DNA of 63,993 nt, the filler included, from Basidiobolus ranarum (Eukaryota), in the NCBI GenBank assembly GCA_040143965.1. It is 4 parts of 4 records of this genome, joined end to end, with 100 filler letters (N's around TTAATTAATTAA, not from the genome) between each part and the next. Parts side by side here need not be neighbours in the genome. Positions count along the whole stretch, not along the records: positions 1 to 16,178 come from JASJQH010000351.1; 3 more parts are not named here. The stretch is one strand, 5' to 3'. The notes under the pieces were generated by a model. The model was not told the DNA's origin, ran no database searches, and saw only the letters and a program-made list of their open reading frames with translations. The stretch's first letter is position 1. Each line of letters opens with the position of its first letter. The translations under genes and the position numbers were made by a program. Positions 1 to 11,323 of this stretch are shown here, in pieces.

Positions 1-770
1 GGAAACACTCCCATACTCAACGGACGTACCATCTCACTAGGCAGTCTTATGCATGAGTACTAAATAGATCTGTCATGCATCCCGCTCCTGGGCTGAATTT
101 CATTTTCTATACGACTGAAAGTGGCGAAGGCTAGAGAGAACAGGCAATTCTCTAGTGGGACAATAGCTAGCTTTCTTCCCCAGAAGTCCCACTAACCGAA
201 TATTTCAGTAGAGGACGGCACTCCCACTTCACAATTTACTATACACATTGTATTTGATTGTAACTGGCTTCGATATGACCACGCGACAAGGTCATTTAAT
301 TACTCCATTAGGAAAACGGTCTCGATGCTCTCACTCCGTAAGGGGGACTCTAAGCAATTGGTAACTAAATATACGACACAAGTCCTTCAACGTGGAGAAA
401 CCCTCACTGCTTTAATATTATATAATATAATGCCAGTAAGCTAGAAAACAGTGGCTCACTAGTAGAACATGGAGCCTTAGTAATCCAACGATGTCTCATA
501 CTAACAATCTATTCCGTATTATTATACCAAACCTGGAGAAAGGGGGAAAGGAGTAGATTCAAATTGATGACCTGTTTCATAAACCAGACTAGAAGATACC
601 AGCAGCTAAACTAGGCGAGTAGCGTTTTTAAGTGAACTTACTCTTTTCATAATGCTCGTAATTTTCGTAACCTTATTTAGGGGTAATCAGTCCACAATGA
701 AAAGATATTTAGTTCGGTCGAAAGTCACTTATTGTATTAATATCACTTACTCTTCTGACAACAATCTTTA

Positions 771-1256
771 ATGTCACCTAACAACCACTACGCTTCATCT
801 GGCTTCACTGGATGTCCGTTTGCAGCCAGTCTAGGAATACCAAGCTCCCCACCGGTAGATGAAGCTTACTATGCCGAAGACATGAGTTCGACATGCTCCA
901 GTATACCAACATTGCTAGATTTATTTAGTGAGCGAATGTTGGAAGTGTTAGTAGATCGGTTTTACAAGTACAATCTTCGCGATCGTAGTATCAAGCACTT
1001 CTTCAAAGGAGTGAACATGGAGCATTTGAAATCCATGCAAACCAAATACCTGCTTCATATCCTTGGAGGAAAAGCTTATAATGGCCGTAGTATGCGTGCG
1101 GCACATAAACGTCTGCTCGATTTTAAAGATAAACACTTTGACTCAATCCTGAAGAACCTAGGAAAAGCCATGAAGGATATCAAGCTCAGCGACCCCATTA
1201 TGAAACTAGTATTATCTTCTGCGGAATCCACCAGAGACGAAGTACTTGGGAAATGA
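771..1256 (+). CDS. Group I (trHbN-like) truncated 2/2 haemoglobin with N-terminal extension
   Basis: Intronless 161-aa ORF. Motifs: LVDRFY (TyrB10), HFF (PheCD1), HLKSMQ (LeuE7/GlnE11), LGG..YNGRSMRAAH (GG motif and proximal HisF8), and HFD..L...L plus the C-terminal RDEVL typical of group I truncated globins. Confidence 0.9.
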   Translation: MSPNNHYASSGFTGCPFAASLGIPSSPPVDEAYYAEDMSSTCSSIPTLLDLFSERMLEVLVDRFYKYNLRDRSIKHFFKGVNMEHLKSMQTKYLLHILGGKAYNGRSMRAAHKRLLDFKDKHFDSILKNLGKAMKDIKLSDPIMKLVLSSAESTRDEVLGK

Positions 1257-1751
1257 TGTTCTTGTATTTTGCGGATCCAACCTTGTTCATTTTTGTAGCA
1301 ATATTTTATATCCAGCTAAACTTGTCGACCGAGTTAAACTAACTATCTTCCTACATCTTCTTATCTACATATAATGGCATATATGCATCATATTAGCACT
1401 CCAAAAGCTGGAATTTTGATTGGAATTCTATGATACTATGACCATCTTTTTCTAACAGTAATAAAAGTATAAACTCAATCACGTGCTACCATATTTGAAT
1501 ACTTTCTTGGCTAAAGAGAGTTTGAAACTATCCAGATATTTTTGACAGGTCACAAATTCTCTCGTTAATAAATTAGCCAACACAATGATTGTGTTCAATC
1601 TTACAGGACTCAATGCCTACTAATAGAATGATAAGGTATTCCTTTTTTAGTCTAAACTGGGATTAGTTGGGCTGCTAGAATCTATGCTTTTTAGAGTCTT
1701 TTACTAACGCCAGTGTTACCAGAATCGCAACACCGATACTCACACGTTTAG

Positions 1752-2410
1752 TTACGCGCCTGGACCCTTGGATAATGACATGCAGTGTACTTTCAGGGAA
1801 ATAATTGATGACCCAGAACAGAAATCTATATATTCAACTATGCAAAATGAGGCTTTTCTAGGATTAAAAAAGAGTGTCTTCATTACAATACTGATCCATT
1901 TAGTGTTTATCCTACAGAGAAAGTTAGTGAAGATGGATGAGTCGGCCGAAAACTTGTGTAAGCTTTTGTTTCGGATAACGGGTTCGCTTCCGGCCCTCAT
2001 ATTGACTTCTATGATATCTAATGGCATGCCTGGTAATCAACAATTGCTTTCTTTTAATGAGGCGGTGGCTGTTGATGCCTAAACCATAAGCCTAGTATCT
2101 CTATTTGCGTTAGAATACAAGCATTATTCCCAGCGTTAAAATTCTAGAATTTGTTTCCATTCTGGGTTTGTCTGATTCCCTTGACGGTTGACGAATCTGA
2201 GTATATCGTCTGCAGGTGATGGCATCATCCCCTGTACAGACTCATAAATGTCTAGATCAGAGAAATAATGAGATTCTTCTTCGGCATTAGAAGAATTCTT
2301 CCCAACTTGAAGCTAGTTAATGTCAGTCCATTTAACAAAGAGGGTGGTATCATTATATGTATTGGTAATGTTGTCCTCACTGGCTAATTGATCAATCAAG
2401 CAAAGGCCAT
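1752..2410 (-). pseudogene. Degenerate reading frame of unknown family
   Basis: A single minus-strand frame runs about 220 codons (LIDQLASEDNITNTY...PLDIIEVNMRAGSEPV...) with only about five stops (TAG/TAA/TGA), all explicable as C-to-T changes. No family recognised. Confidence 0.3.
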
Positions 2411-2779
2411 ATCATCGTTGTCATTCCAGTCATAAATCCTTAATTTATCTCATGGAAGGTAAATTTTTAAGCTTAGTTTGAGTTTGGAGAGAGTCTGGTC
2501 TATATACTCACCACACTCTCACGTTAGCATTCATTCTTGTGCCTAAGCCACCAATCTTGCACCTTGTCACAAATGAATTTGTCAAATCCAGCTGAACTAA
2601 GCCACTACCTAAGTAAACGTAATAAGATGACTATGGGATAAGTGAATAAAATAATTGTAGACAAATTGTATAGTTCATTGCTCTAACTCATCAGTTTTTT
2701 TTTGAGAGTATATACTTAACAAACCTTTCTATTAGTAAACTAAAAAAGATGTCGATTCTCCTTTTCTCTTCTTCTCTTT

Positions 2780-4141
2780 ATGGAACCACCTCTAAAGATT
2801 ATAGCAGTCAAGAGCTCAATCGCTGGTATTGGGTGGAAGCCACAGTATGCTCTAAAACTCATGCCATTTGTAGATAACATTCATACCCTTATTTCACATA
2901 CGTTTTCCTTTTTTAAGTACATCATTACTCATGAACTGGAAGATGATTCTACTTAAGGCCAAGCTGGCTATTTCGTCAAGAAATATTGAAGATATACTTG
3001 AAGAATTTCTGTCTTCAAACGATTTGGATATGATCCATAATCTTTTTGGCTCTTATTCAACAGGTTATCGATTTGCATGAGACTCAATCTATTACGACTG
3101 CAAAAGCAACCCTCTCAAGCATATAAAGGCGTACACCAGACTGTCAAGCATGTGCAAAGCTTTCCAAAACAAGCCATTCAACTACTTTCCGCTAAGAAGG
3201 GGCTTCATACCATCCTACATCACAATCGATATATATATTTTAAATACTCAAATCCTAGAGAATTCTGTCATCAGCCACTTGGATAAAGAAACAGTATGGG
3301 GAACCGTTATTGACCCCACATCAATGGCAATGAAACCACAAGGAAAAAGCAAGTCAATGAAGTTTAGAGGTACGATATGCACAGTGGTAACGAATACAAG
3401 TTTGCCGAGTATCTTCAAGAAAAAGCTCAAGTCACTCCGGTCATGAGAGGGTATTACTCAAATGAAGATCGTCCTGCAGGAGAAGACCACAATAGGCATT
3501 TACGGATAGAGCGTAATGCGCGGTGACTTTTGACAACAATGAGATTAAATTATTTGGTCCAACCGTCTACTTCTAAGCATGGTATGTACGATCATGATAC
3601 AAAATATATTGCCAAGAATCTTCGAGAGAAGTTTGGGAATGATACTATATTAATGCTTGGTAACTGGTCAGCTGGAAATGTAAAGTATCATGAGCCCAAT
3701 AGAGGCGTCGGAATGAGAAAAATGCTAGCCAAAGAAGGCTTCCAGCTATACCTCCTTGACCAGTTTATAACTTCAAGCCTATGCCCTACTTTCCAGAACG
3801 GTGAACTGGAAAAGCCTCAAAAGGTACAAAATCCTATACCATACAAAAGAGAAAAGTATCCTATTGTATATCGTCACGGCCTTTTAAGGTAAACGCTTTT
3901 TACATGCAAGTTAAAATTCCTAATTCAAACCTAATTTCTATTCAGGTGCAAAAACCAACAGTGCTTAAAGGCCGTGACCGATACTACTTTTAACTTGCAC
4001 TCAAATGGAGAAAGACCAGGACGTTTTTGCAGATTGAAGGAACCTCTCTCCATCGGGTATAAAAGAAAGGGTATCTCGTCAGATAGCAGCAGTCGACCAA
4101 TGAAAAAAGCAAACAACCCTGTGTGGTTATCGCAACGCTAA
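2780..4141 (+). pseudogene. Fanzor1 (eukaryotic TnpB/IS200-IS605-derived RNA-guided nuclease) pseudogene with one intron
   Basis: Collinear Fanzor1-type blocks: MEPPLKIIAVKSSIAGIGWKPQY...HTFSFFKYI; KPFNYFPLRRGFIPSYITID...WG.V.D...KPQG..MKFRGTI; KFAEYLQEKAQVTPVMRGYYSNED; AKNLREKFGNDTILMLGNWSAGNVKYHEP.RGVGMRKMLAKEGFQLYLLDQFITSSLCP; NP.PY...RHGLLR, then intron GT 3889-3945 AG, then CKNQQCL...FNL..NGERPGRFCR. Stop at 4139-4141. Contains stops, frameshifts and internal deletions. Confidence 0.85.
3489..3611 (+). repeat. 123-bp segment duplicated at 7253-7375
   Basis: Ungapped alignment to 7253-7375 with about 10 mismatches, counted by eye. Confidence 0.9.
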
Positions 4142-4179
4142 ACTTTTGATACAGAGTAAATATTTGAATACTTTCTCTT

Positions 4180-4304
4180 TTGCCATGTGTCTACATTTGT
4201 CTAATTTGTCTTGTTCACTTAAATATTTTGCGATCGTCTCATTTATTTTATGAAATATCTAATTGATTGTTTTAATTCGTCTCATTTTAGATTAAAACAC
4301 TGTA
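4180..4304 (+). mobile_element. Right end of a Tc1/mariner-like DNA transposon carrying the Fanzor gene
   Basis: Ends ...AAAACACTG|TA (reverse complement TA|CAGTG, the Tc1-family terminus with TA target). Two internal direct repeats TCGTCTCATTT (about 4234 and 4277) resemble transposase-binding sites. Lies about 160 bp downstream of the Fanzor stop. Confidence 0.65.
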
Positions 4305-5806
4305 CTTTATGAAAACGTTCAAAGCTACAAGTTGTACCTATAGCAATTAATTTGGTTGCAGTATCACAAAATGACTTTTAATACAGCACAGGAGAATGAT
4401 TTTCAGGTTTAGCTGATGCTGATGGGTTTGAACCATCCTGTAGTATTTATCATATGTGAATCTAATATTCTCGTAGCAATGAAAAATGAAAAGTGTATAA
4501 AGTTATATACAAAACGCGATTAGTTTCTGAAGCCTGTACGTACTTGCAAATCCTGGTGGGTTTGTAAATGAATCCATTCTTTGAATCTAATCACATATGT
4601 CGAGGTAGTATCCCAGAGAATCTTGGTATTTAAATGAGTTTAACACATTATATCATGCAAACAGTTCAATAAATACCCTTTAAGACCTTCAATCTACCTA
4701 AAAGTCACTCGCTTCTTGGGAGATAATATTTCAGCGTCAGAGTTTTGAGACTCAAGTCTACTTATAGAGAATAAAATGCTCGTTTTGTAGAGACATTCAC
4801 AGTGCCTAATTACATGTTAGGGTTTAATATTGGAAGCATTAATACTTCCTAGCCCGGCTCTCAATAAATTGGTTTGTATAATAGGAATTTCCAATGTGAC
4901 CCAATCTTCCTGGTACCACTTACATCCAAGAATGGGCTGGAAGGATACGGTTTTGAAAACCTTACAGTAATATTTCATGCACTTGAAGAAACATATTAGC
5001 TAAAATCAATACATATGGCAGTAGAACTCTAACAAACGCTGCTCTAAAGCTCGAGCCAAATAATTGTATACACTAACACTTAAAGCAGATTACTTTGTAT
5101 GATGTCAATATCCCAATTTTGGGTTCTTGAAAACAAAAATGTTAGATGCAGGAAAACTTCCAAATGATTGCTTCAATATGTATGCCCTCACGTCTTTAGT
5201 TGGGTGACTGTTGCATTTTGAGATTGCTTAAATTTCTTTTTTCGTATTCAAGTTTTTGGAGAATCTTCCTAGCCATTTTTCAACATATCATCTGAAATAT
5301 ATCTAGGAACACCAGAAATAGTTATTTGACACATGTTTGTATTTTTACAGCTTCCTAACTTAACAGGAGGATGTTTGGCTACAATCGATAGTTGCTAGAA
5401 ATTATTTTCACACAAGCATAAATATATGACCAAAGGTGTAGGCCAGTACAAGGGAGAATACAAGCCATTTACTTTCCTCATCCCGCAATATTCCAGAATA
5501 AAATACCATTTCTTTTGTAAGAATAAGAATACTTCGAATTCATATTTTACAGCTATGGTACTGTGCCAACGCTTCATATATAGTAGGGCTATTGCCGACA
5601 CTGCAATCATACAACTCTTATTGTATGCTGCCAGAAATTGCAGGCCAGATATATAGTTGAAATAATGCAATGTTTGGGTTAGAGCATGTTTCCGCACAGT
5701 TAGAGATTTTAATTATTCTATCCAAGTGAAGAAGCTTCCCTTATGCCTTTGTTACTTGTCTTCAATTGCCACTTACGCTACTATGTTTATTTCATCAGTG
5801 TCTATG

Positions 5807-6112
5807 TGTTGGAAATGACATAGCTTAAGCATCTATATAGTCATATATTTCGCTACCTAAATTACACTGTTATTATTCAATATCTTCATGAGGAATTTAC
5901 TGAAAATATTGAGACCAACTTGGAAGTTTGAAGATTATATGATTTTCTCAAACTTGTCCAAGAGACCCCAAACTTTGTACTCCATACTTTAGTTTAGCTA
6001 CTTCTTGACAAGAATATAAATGTCAATTTGCATGAAATAAATCATTAAGTGAAAACCACCAATTTTCCTAGTTCACCAAATCACTTCCAACAACTCCCAA
6101 AATACTTCAACA
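5807..6112 (+). mobile_element. Solo LTR (TGTTG...CAACA family) with 5-bp TSD CTATG
   Basis: Starts TGTTGGAA and ends TTCAACA, flanked by CTATG at 5802-5806 and 6113-6117. Homologous to copies at 46626, 47586, 48342, 48496 and 50605. Confidence 0.85.
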
Positions 6113-7169
6113 CTATGAAGGTTTTCTTAGTGTATCCCGAGGCCATAGCTGATGCAACTACTTTCTACCTAGTTTAGTTTGTGGAGTCCCATCATCATTA
6201 TTTATTGTAGTGCTAAAACTAACTCTTAAAGAACTTTCAACTATCAAAATAATCAACCTCTCGCTGCTTTTACAATGCTTACCATATATAAGTTGAATTT
6301 GGTTGTATTGCTATTCTAGAAGATTTTACTTTGCTCTCTAGCACCACATCAACATTCAGGTACTATGGGAAACTTAGCCAAGTGATTATTCCCATACTTA
6401 AAACTATCTTGCAAATATCTGACTTTTAATGCTAATAATGCAAACATTGAAGTCATGACGCACTGATATAGCTAATGATTATAATACAAAACATCATTTA
6501 TTGGGAAATATCGGAGGAGCGTTTATCTCAGAGTGCAATCAGAAAATAGCCAGCTTAAAACTGATTTACTTCAACAATTATAATCATTGATACAAGGTGT
6601 GCTATTTTCAGAGAGTTGTTTGCATGGAAATTGTGCCATATGGTTCAATTCACCTAGATCAACCGTTTGGTTGCAGAGCTATAACCTTTGTAAATGTACA
6701 TGCAAAAAATGTAACCAGTTATGAGCGCAAATGAATATGGAAAATTATGAAAGAAGCATCTCATACACTTTGAATCTTAGAATGTCCGGCTATTAATAAT
6801 TTAGACTCTTCGCTACTGCTACCTAAGTCCATTCTTTAACTCTATTCATCGAAATAAAAGCACGTTGTCTTCATGTATTTTACGTATTTAATTTGCTGGT
6901 AAAATTTATGCTGTTGCGCCTCCGCATCACGTGTTACTTGGTTGAAGCGTGTGTCGGTTCAAGTCAATCAAAGGGGAATGAGGTACAAAGCAGTCTTACG
7001 GGAATCGAATTTTGTGACAGAAAGAGAAAGTTCACACCTTAATTATCAGTTGAGGTGGTTTTATATTTAGATTCATTTAACAATTGAATATTAATAAAAC
7101 CGTAAGCGCCATCAAATATTACGCAAAATCACTCGAGCATTCTCAAAATACCAAGTTCAAAGAGTGGCC

Positions 7170-7670
7170 AACGTGAAGTTATTTCAGCTTGGCGTTATCT
7201 CAACCTAAGCACCAAAGGATTTTGATCTCCAAGAATGCTTGTATTTTCGATGACAATAGGCATTGACGGATAGAGCGCAATGCGTGGTGACTTTCGACAA
7301 CAATGAAATTGAATTATTTGGTCCAACCGTCTACTCCTAGGCATGGTATGTACGATCATGTTACAAAACATATTGTAATAAGCGTCACCCACCTCATCAT
7401 TCAGAATATGGAAGTTATTGTTGTATAATTCCACTTAATATAGCCGACATACCCATGCTCAATTACAACGTGGAAATACGTGCATTAGCTACTAAATACA
7501 AAAACCTCCAAGCACACAGCCAAGAGGTTCAGAGTGTTGCTCACCAAATGTAGGAAAATCCGAAAGGCAAAAACCCCCTGAGGAATAAAGCGGTATTTGA
7601 TTAAACTCATGCACCAATTTGTCATTAAAGCTAGGGCCAGATTAATGGGTTCTTACAAACTACCTTATGA
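7170..7670 (+). mobile_element. Highly degenerate Ty1/Copia pol relic (post-integrase linker to RT start)
   Basis: Frameshifted translations AWRYLNLSTK/RILISKNACIFDD (cf. AYRLYNP..KIIISRDVVFDE), VEIRAL...PKGKNPLRNKAVF and KARARLMG (cf. P.GKKPIGCKWVF, KARLVAKG). Confidence 0.4.
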
Positions 7671-9784
7671 AGCCAGGTTACTACAAAGTCAAATGACAGC
7701 TGTATAGCATTCCATCCAAGAATAATCAGTTCCGTGATTCGAATTTGGATCTGGATTTAAGTTTAGTGCCTAGATTGATAGAACATACGAGCATAGATCG
7801 GTTTCACGACATATCTCTAGGTCTCTAGATTTGAAGAGAGCAAAGATTTACCCAGCTTACAAATATCCTGCAGGCTCAGTGTGTTGTGCGATACTAATAG
7901 CAGTTTCCCATAGGAGTACGTATCCTTCCCCACTTGGTCAAAATTAAGATAAAACTGCACTACACTCCAAGCCTATTATAAACTTGAGTTGGTGAGTGGC
8001 AAGCGGATTTAACCTTGATTAAAATAAGATCCCATTTGCCTAGATTGAGTGGTGGAAGGGATAATACTGGTTTAGACAGCGCCATTATCCGTGACTCCAC
8101 ATACTGGGACAAATTACCTAACATCATTAACTTGTTCTACAGCCTATCTTGGATATGTAAATTCATGCATCACTTTTTTGTCTGTTTAGCATAATGAATC
8201 CCAATAAGAAGTGAAATTTTCCGAAAATCAAATTGAGTTCATTAATTAACTTGAAACTTCTTGGAGCAATTCTGCCTAAAATAGAAATTTCATCAAATGA
8301 AATTATTGGAAACTTCCTATCATAAACCTCACATTAGGGCAATAATTAGTTTTTTGGAACTCGCTCTCCCCATAGTTTAGATGTTCGCAGCGGATATTAC
8401 ATTTGCATTGGGATTGTTGCTGAATGAAAACATAGCACACCTCGCATTACTCCGAGCTATTCCCAGGGGTTACATCTATGTTTACCTCATCTGGTCGATA
8501 TCCAGAGACCCAAAATCCACCAAAATGAAGGCGCCAATTTAATTTCCACATGGTAATGTTGACGCCCGCACAACCATCAGACTGGATGTCCAACGTTATT
8601 CCAATTTTGTATCCCAAAATGGGAGAGCAGATTTTTTTCAAATGATCGCAATCCCTCCACTGCGTTTTTGTTGGCAGTTCCCAGAATTTATGTCGAGGAA
8701 TAGTTAAATTTGGCAAGATTAATCCGCAAACGAACTCCTTACCTTGTTCAGTTGATTCTAGCTTTGAGCGATGGTGCCAATTGTAATACATGAATCAGGA
8801 TAGAGCACATATTCCTCTCTCTTGCGAAGAATGAGGCGAGTGTGAAGAAGCCGAAAGAATCTACAGAAAATACGATAAATATGCTAGGTTTTGTATTGGT
8901 AACTACTCATGTGTCACCTTCATCTAATTTGGTCTCACATGCCTAATTGACAAACATGTTCTGGCCTGCCTGGTGATTGAACAGCAATGAAATCCATCCA
9001 CCAATTCATCCTCATTGGTAATATTAACTGAGAATCCTTGCAGCACCTGATAGGTTCTTAATTGTGTTGGCATGAAAGCGCTAGCATACTTCACCCTACA
9101 CAAAAGAACATTTTGATTGAGCTATCAACAAACCTCGTATTACTCTGAATTAAGGCTGTGTCCATTTATTGACTGTCGAATCTGTAGCCCAAACAAACAA
9201 TCGAATAGATTATGACTCAATGCGAGATTTTGCTCATCAAAATAATGGCAATCTCATGAAAGGAATTCTAAGAAAAAAAAGAGCTTGGTGGTTGGAATAG
9301 GTAGTTGATTGAACTGGATAATATCCCAGTTTGGCATTTCATTAATATTGATTGATGAAGCTCAGCAAGATGTACTACCAAAGGTGGGGGAACATCAATA
9401 TAGCATTTCTAATACGGGAGTTGGCGAATAATAAAATTCATTTACCCATTAGCATTGAGCGCTAAATACCGATTCATTGGTAATTATCGAAGGATCGAAA
9501 AGTATAAGTGTCCGGCTTGCCTCCCTAGCTTCCACAAAATCCGGGTGACAGTTTTCTCTCTCTTACTTTACACTCCCCGGTATTAATCGGAAGTCTGGCA
9601 TTTCACTCTTTGAACATCTCAGTTTCTTCTTGGTTCTTTCCCAGCGTTACTCAATTACAGTAGTAGTATTGTCTCATTAAATCTCGATCCATCGAATACT
9701 TCGACAATTGTGCAAGCAACGACCCACTATACACTTATTCAATCCTCAATATCATAGTATCTTCGCTAGAAACCCGGGACAGTC

Positions 9785-10534
9785 ATGAATAGTATCTGGT
9801 GCACACTTCAAAAATTCCTCATAATAGCATGTTTGGTCAACTGTGCTGTATCTTTTAGTCCTCAGAACAGCCTTAAGATGTTTGTTACATACGAGCTTGC
9901 CTGGTTGAACGCGAAGAGCGGGCAGTTTGGTGCAAACATGACCATCTCGCTACCTCAAGAATCCACTTCAAACTGGAAGCTCAAAATCAAATATCAACAA
10001 CCAACCACAAAAATCGCACTTTATTGGGATGGTGATCCAAACACTGGAGACACCTGGAATACTATGTCTGATAAAAGTGATTCCTATATTGTTGAGCCCA
10101 AGAAATCCAATCGCTTGGTGCGCTCATACTTGTTCAATGCCTTGTTTCCTGTTTCCGATGAAGAGCTTGCTACTGATATAGTCAAAGCATATACTCTACC
10201 TGCAAGTTATATTGTGATTCTAGATGATGGCAGCAGTATAACTTTGAATGTAGAGGATGATTTCAAAGCTATGTGGAGTACTGTTCCCACCAAGCGGTTT
10301 GGACCATACGATCGAGCATATCCCCCTGGAGTATCGGCCAGTCCCTCAGGCCCAACGCCGGACGGTACAACTATCGTAGGCACTCCTATTGGTCTCTATA
10401 TGTATGGTGCAGTGTTTCTTATTGGTGCGATGGCCTATTTCTTTGGGACCTTTCAAAGAAGCAGATTCCGCTCGCAATTTCGGTATCAGATGAATCTTAG
10501 GGATGAGATCAAAATGGTTCCTATGTCCAATTGA
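9785..10534 (+). CDS. Secreted/type I membrane protein of unknown function
   Basis: 249-aa ORF with an N-terminal signal peptide (FLIIACLVNCAVS), a beta-rich ectodomain, a Pro/Ser/Thr linker, a C-terminal TM helix (IGLYMYGAVFLIGAMAYFF) and a basic tail. Confidence 0.75.
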   Translation: MNSIWCTLQKFLIIACLVNCAVSFSPQNSLKMFVTYELAWLNAKSGQFGANMTISLPQESTSNWKLKIKYQQPTTKIALYWDGDPNTGDTWNTMSDKSDSYIVEPKKSNRLVRSYLFNALFPVSDEELATDIVKAYTLPASYIVILDDGSSITLNVEDDFKAMWSTVPTKRFGPYDRAYPPGVSASPSGPTPDGTTIVGTPIGLYMYGAVFLIGAMAYFFGTFQRSRFRSQFRYQMNLRDEIKMVPMSN

Positions 10535-11323
10535 ACACCCACATAAATTACATTCCTACCTACCATCAAGCACCAGGATTTTTGGCACTCTACAAACCAT
10601 TATTTCTCGCATCGTCATTGAATTTTCCCGTGAGTACGTATACTTACTGTATCATATTTGAATTCTACTACATCCTTCCATGGCGTAAGATTAGCCATTT
10701 AGTTATTTATCTGTACAGCAAATACTTATGCTTCCACGATATGGAGGAATTCCCCTTATTTTCCATTTTTGAAAACAGAAAGAACTGTCCTTTCCCGTCA
10801 TTGTTTCTTTTCCTTCCTCCTTATCAATAAACAATTTACGCAGGCCTAAATTGGATCTCCTTGATATCAATATAGTACTTAGGAGCCATGGCGCCATTGC
10901 GGGAAGAGCTTACACAGCGGCTCGGGTGTTGTTATTTTTGGTTTAGTCCAGTGCTATTTCCCTAAGGTTTGGGGAGTATTAGGGAGGAGATCAGAGCACT
11001 GATTGGGCATTATTTGTACATGATCAACCTCAAAACCATGTGGTACCATATTCTGAATCATTAGCATCTGATCACATCATGATGAGTTTTTTTTCACTAA
11101 TGAGCGTTGAAATTGCATCCACGAAATCCCGATGAACATGGATTCTGAATACCTTATCCATAATTGAATTTGACATTGCCAAGCTAATTAATACCTGTTT
11201 TAATTATTCACTTCAATTGATGCATTTGCGATGTTATTAACCATAGCTACATTATTTCTTATTACATACAACCAACGAAATCAATCTTTGGAGGTCTTTT
11301 AGCATTTTCTTAGTTTCTTCAAG

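Noticed and set aside
4400-5750. Interrupted minus-strand frames suggestive of a TE or gene relic
   Set aside because: No diagnostic motif; cannot be assigned.
8447-9100. Minus-strand 114-aa ORF with apparent splice sites
   Set aside because: I could not build a stop-free gene model or recognise a family.
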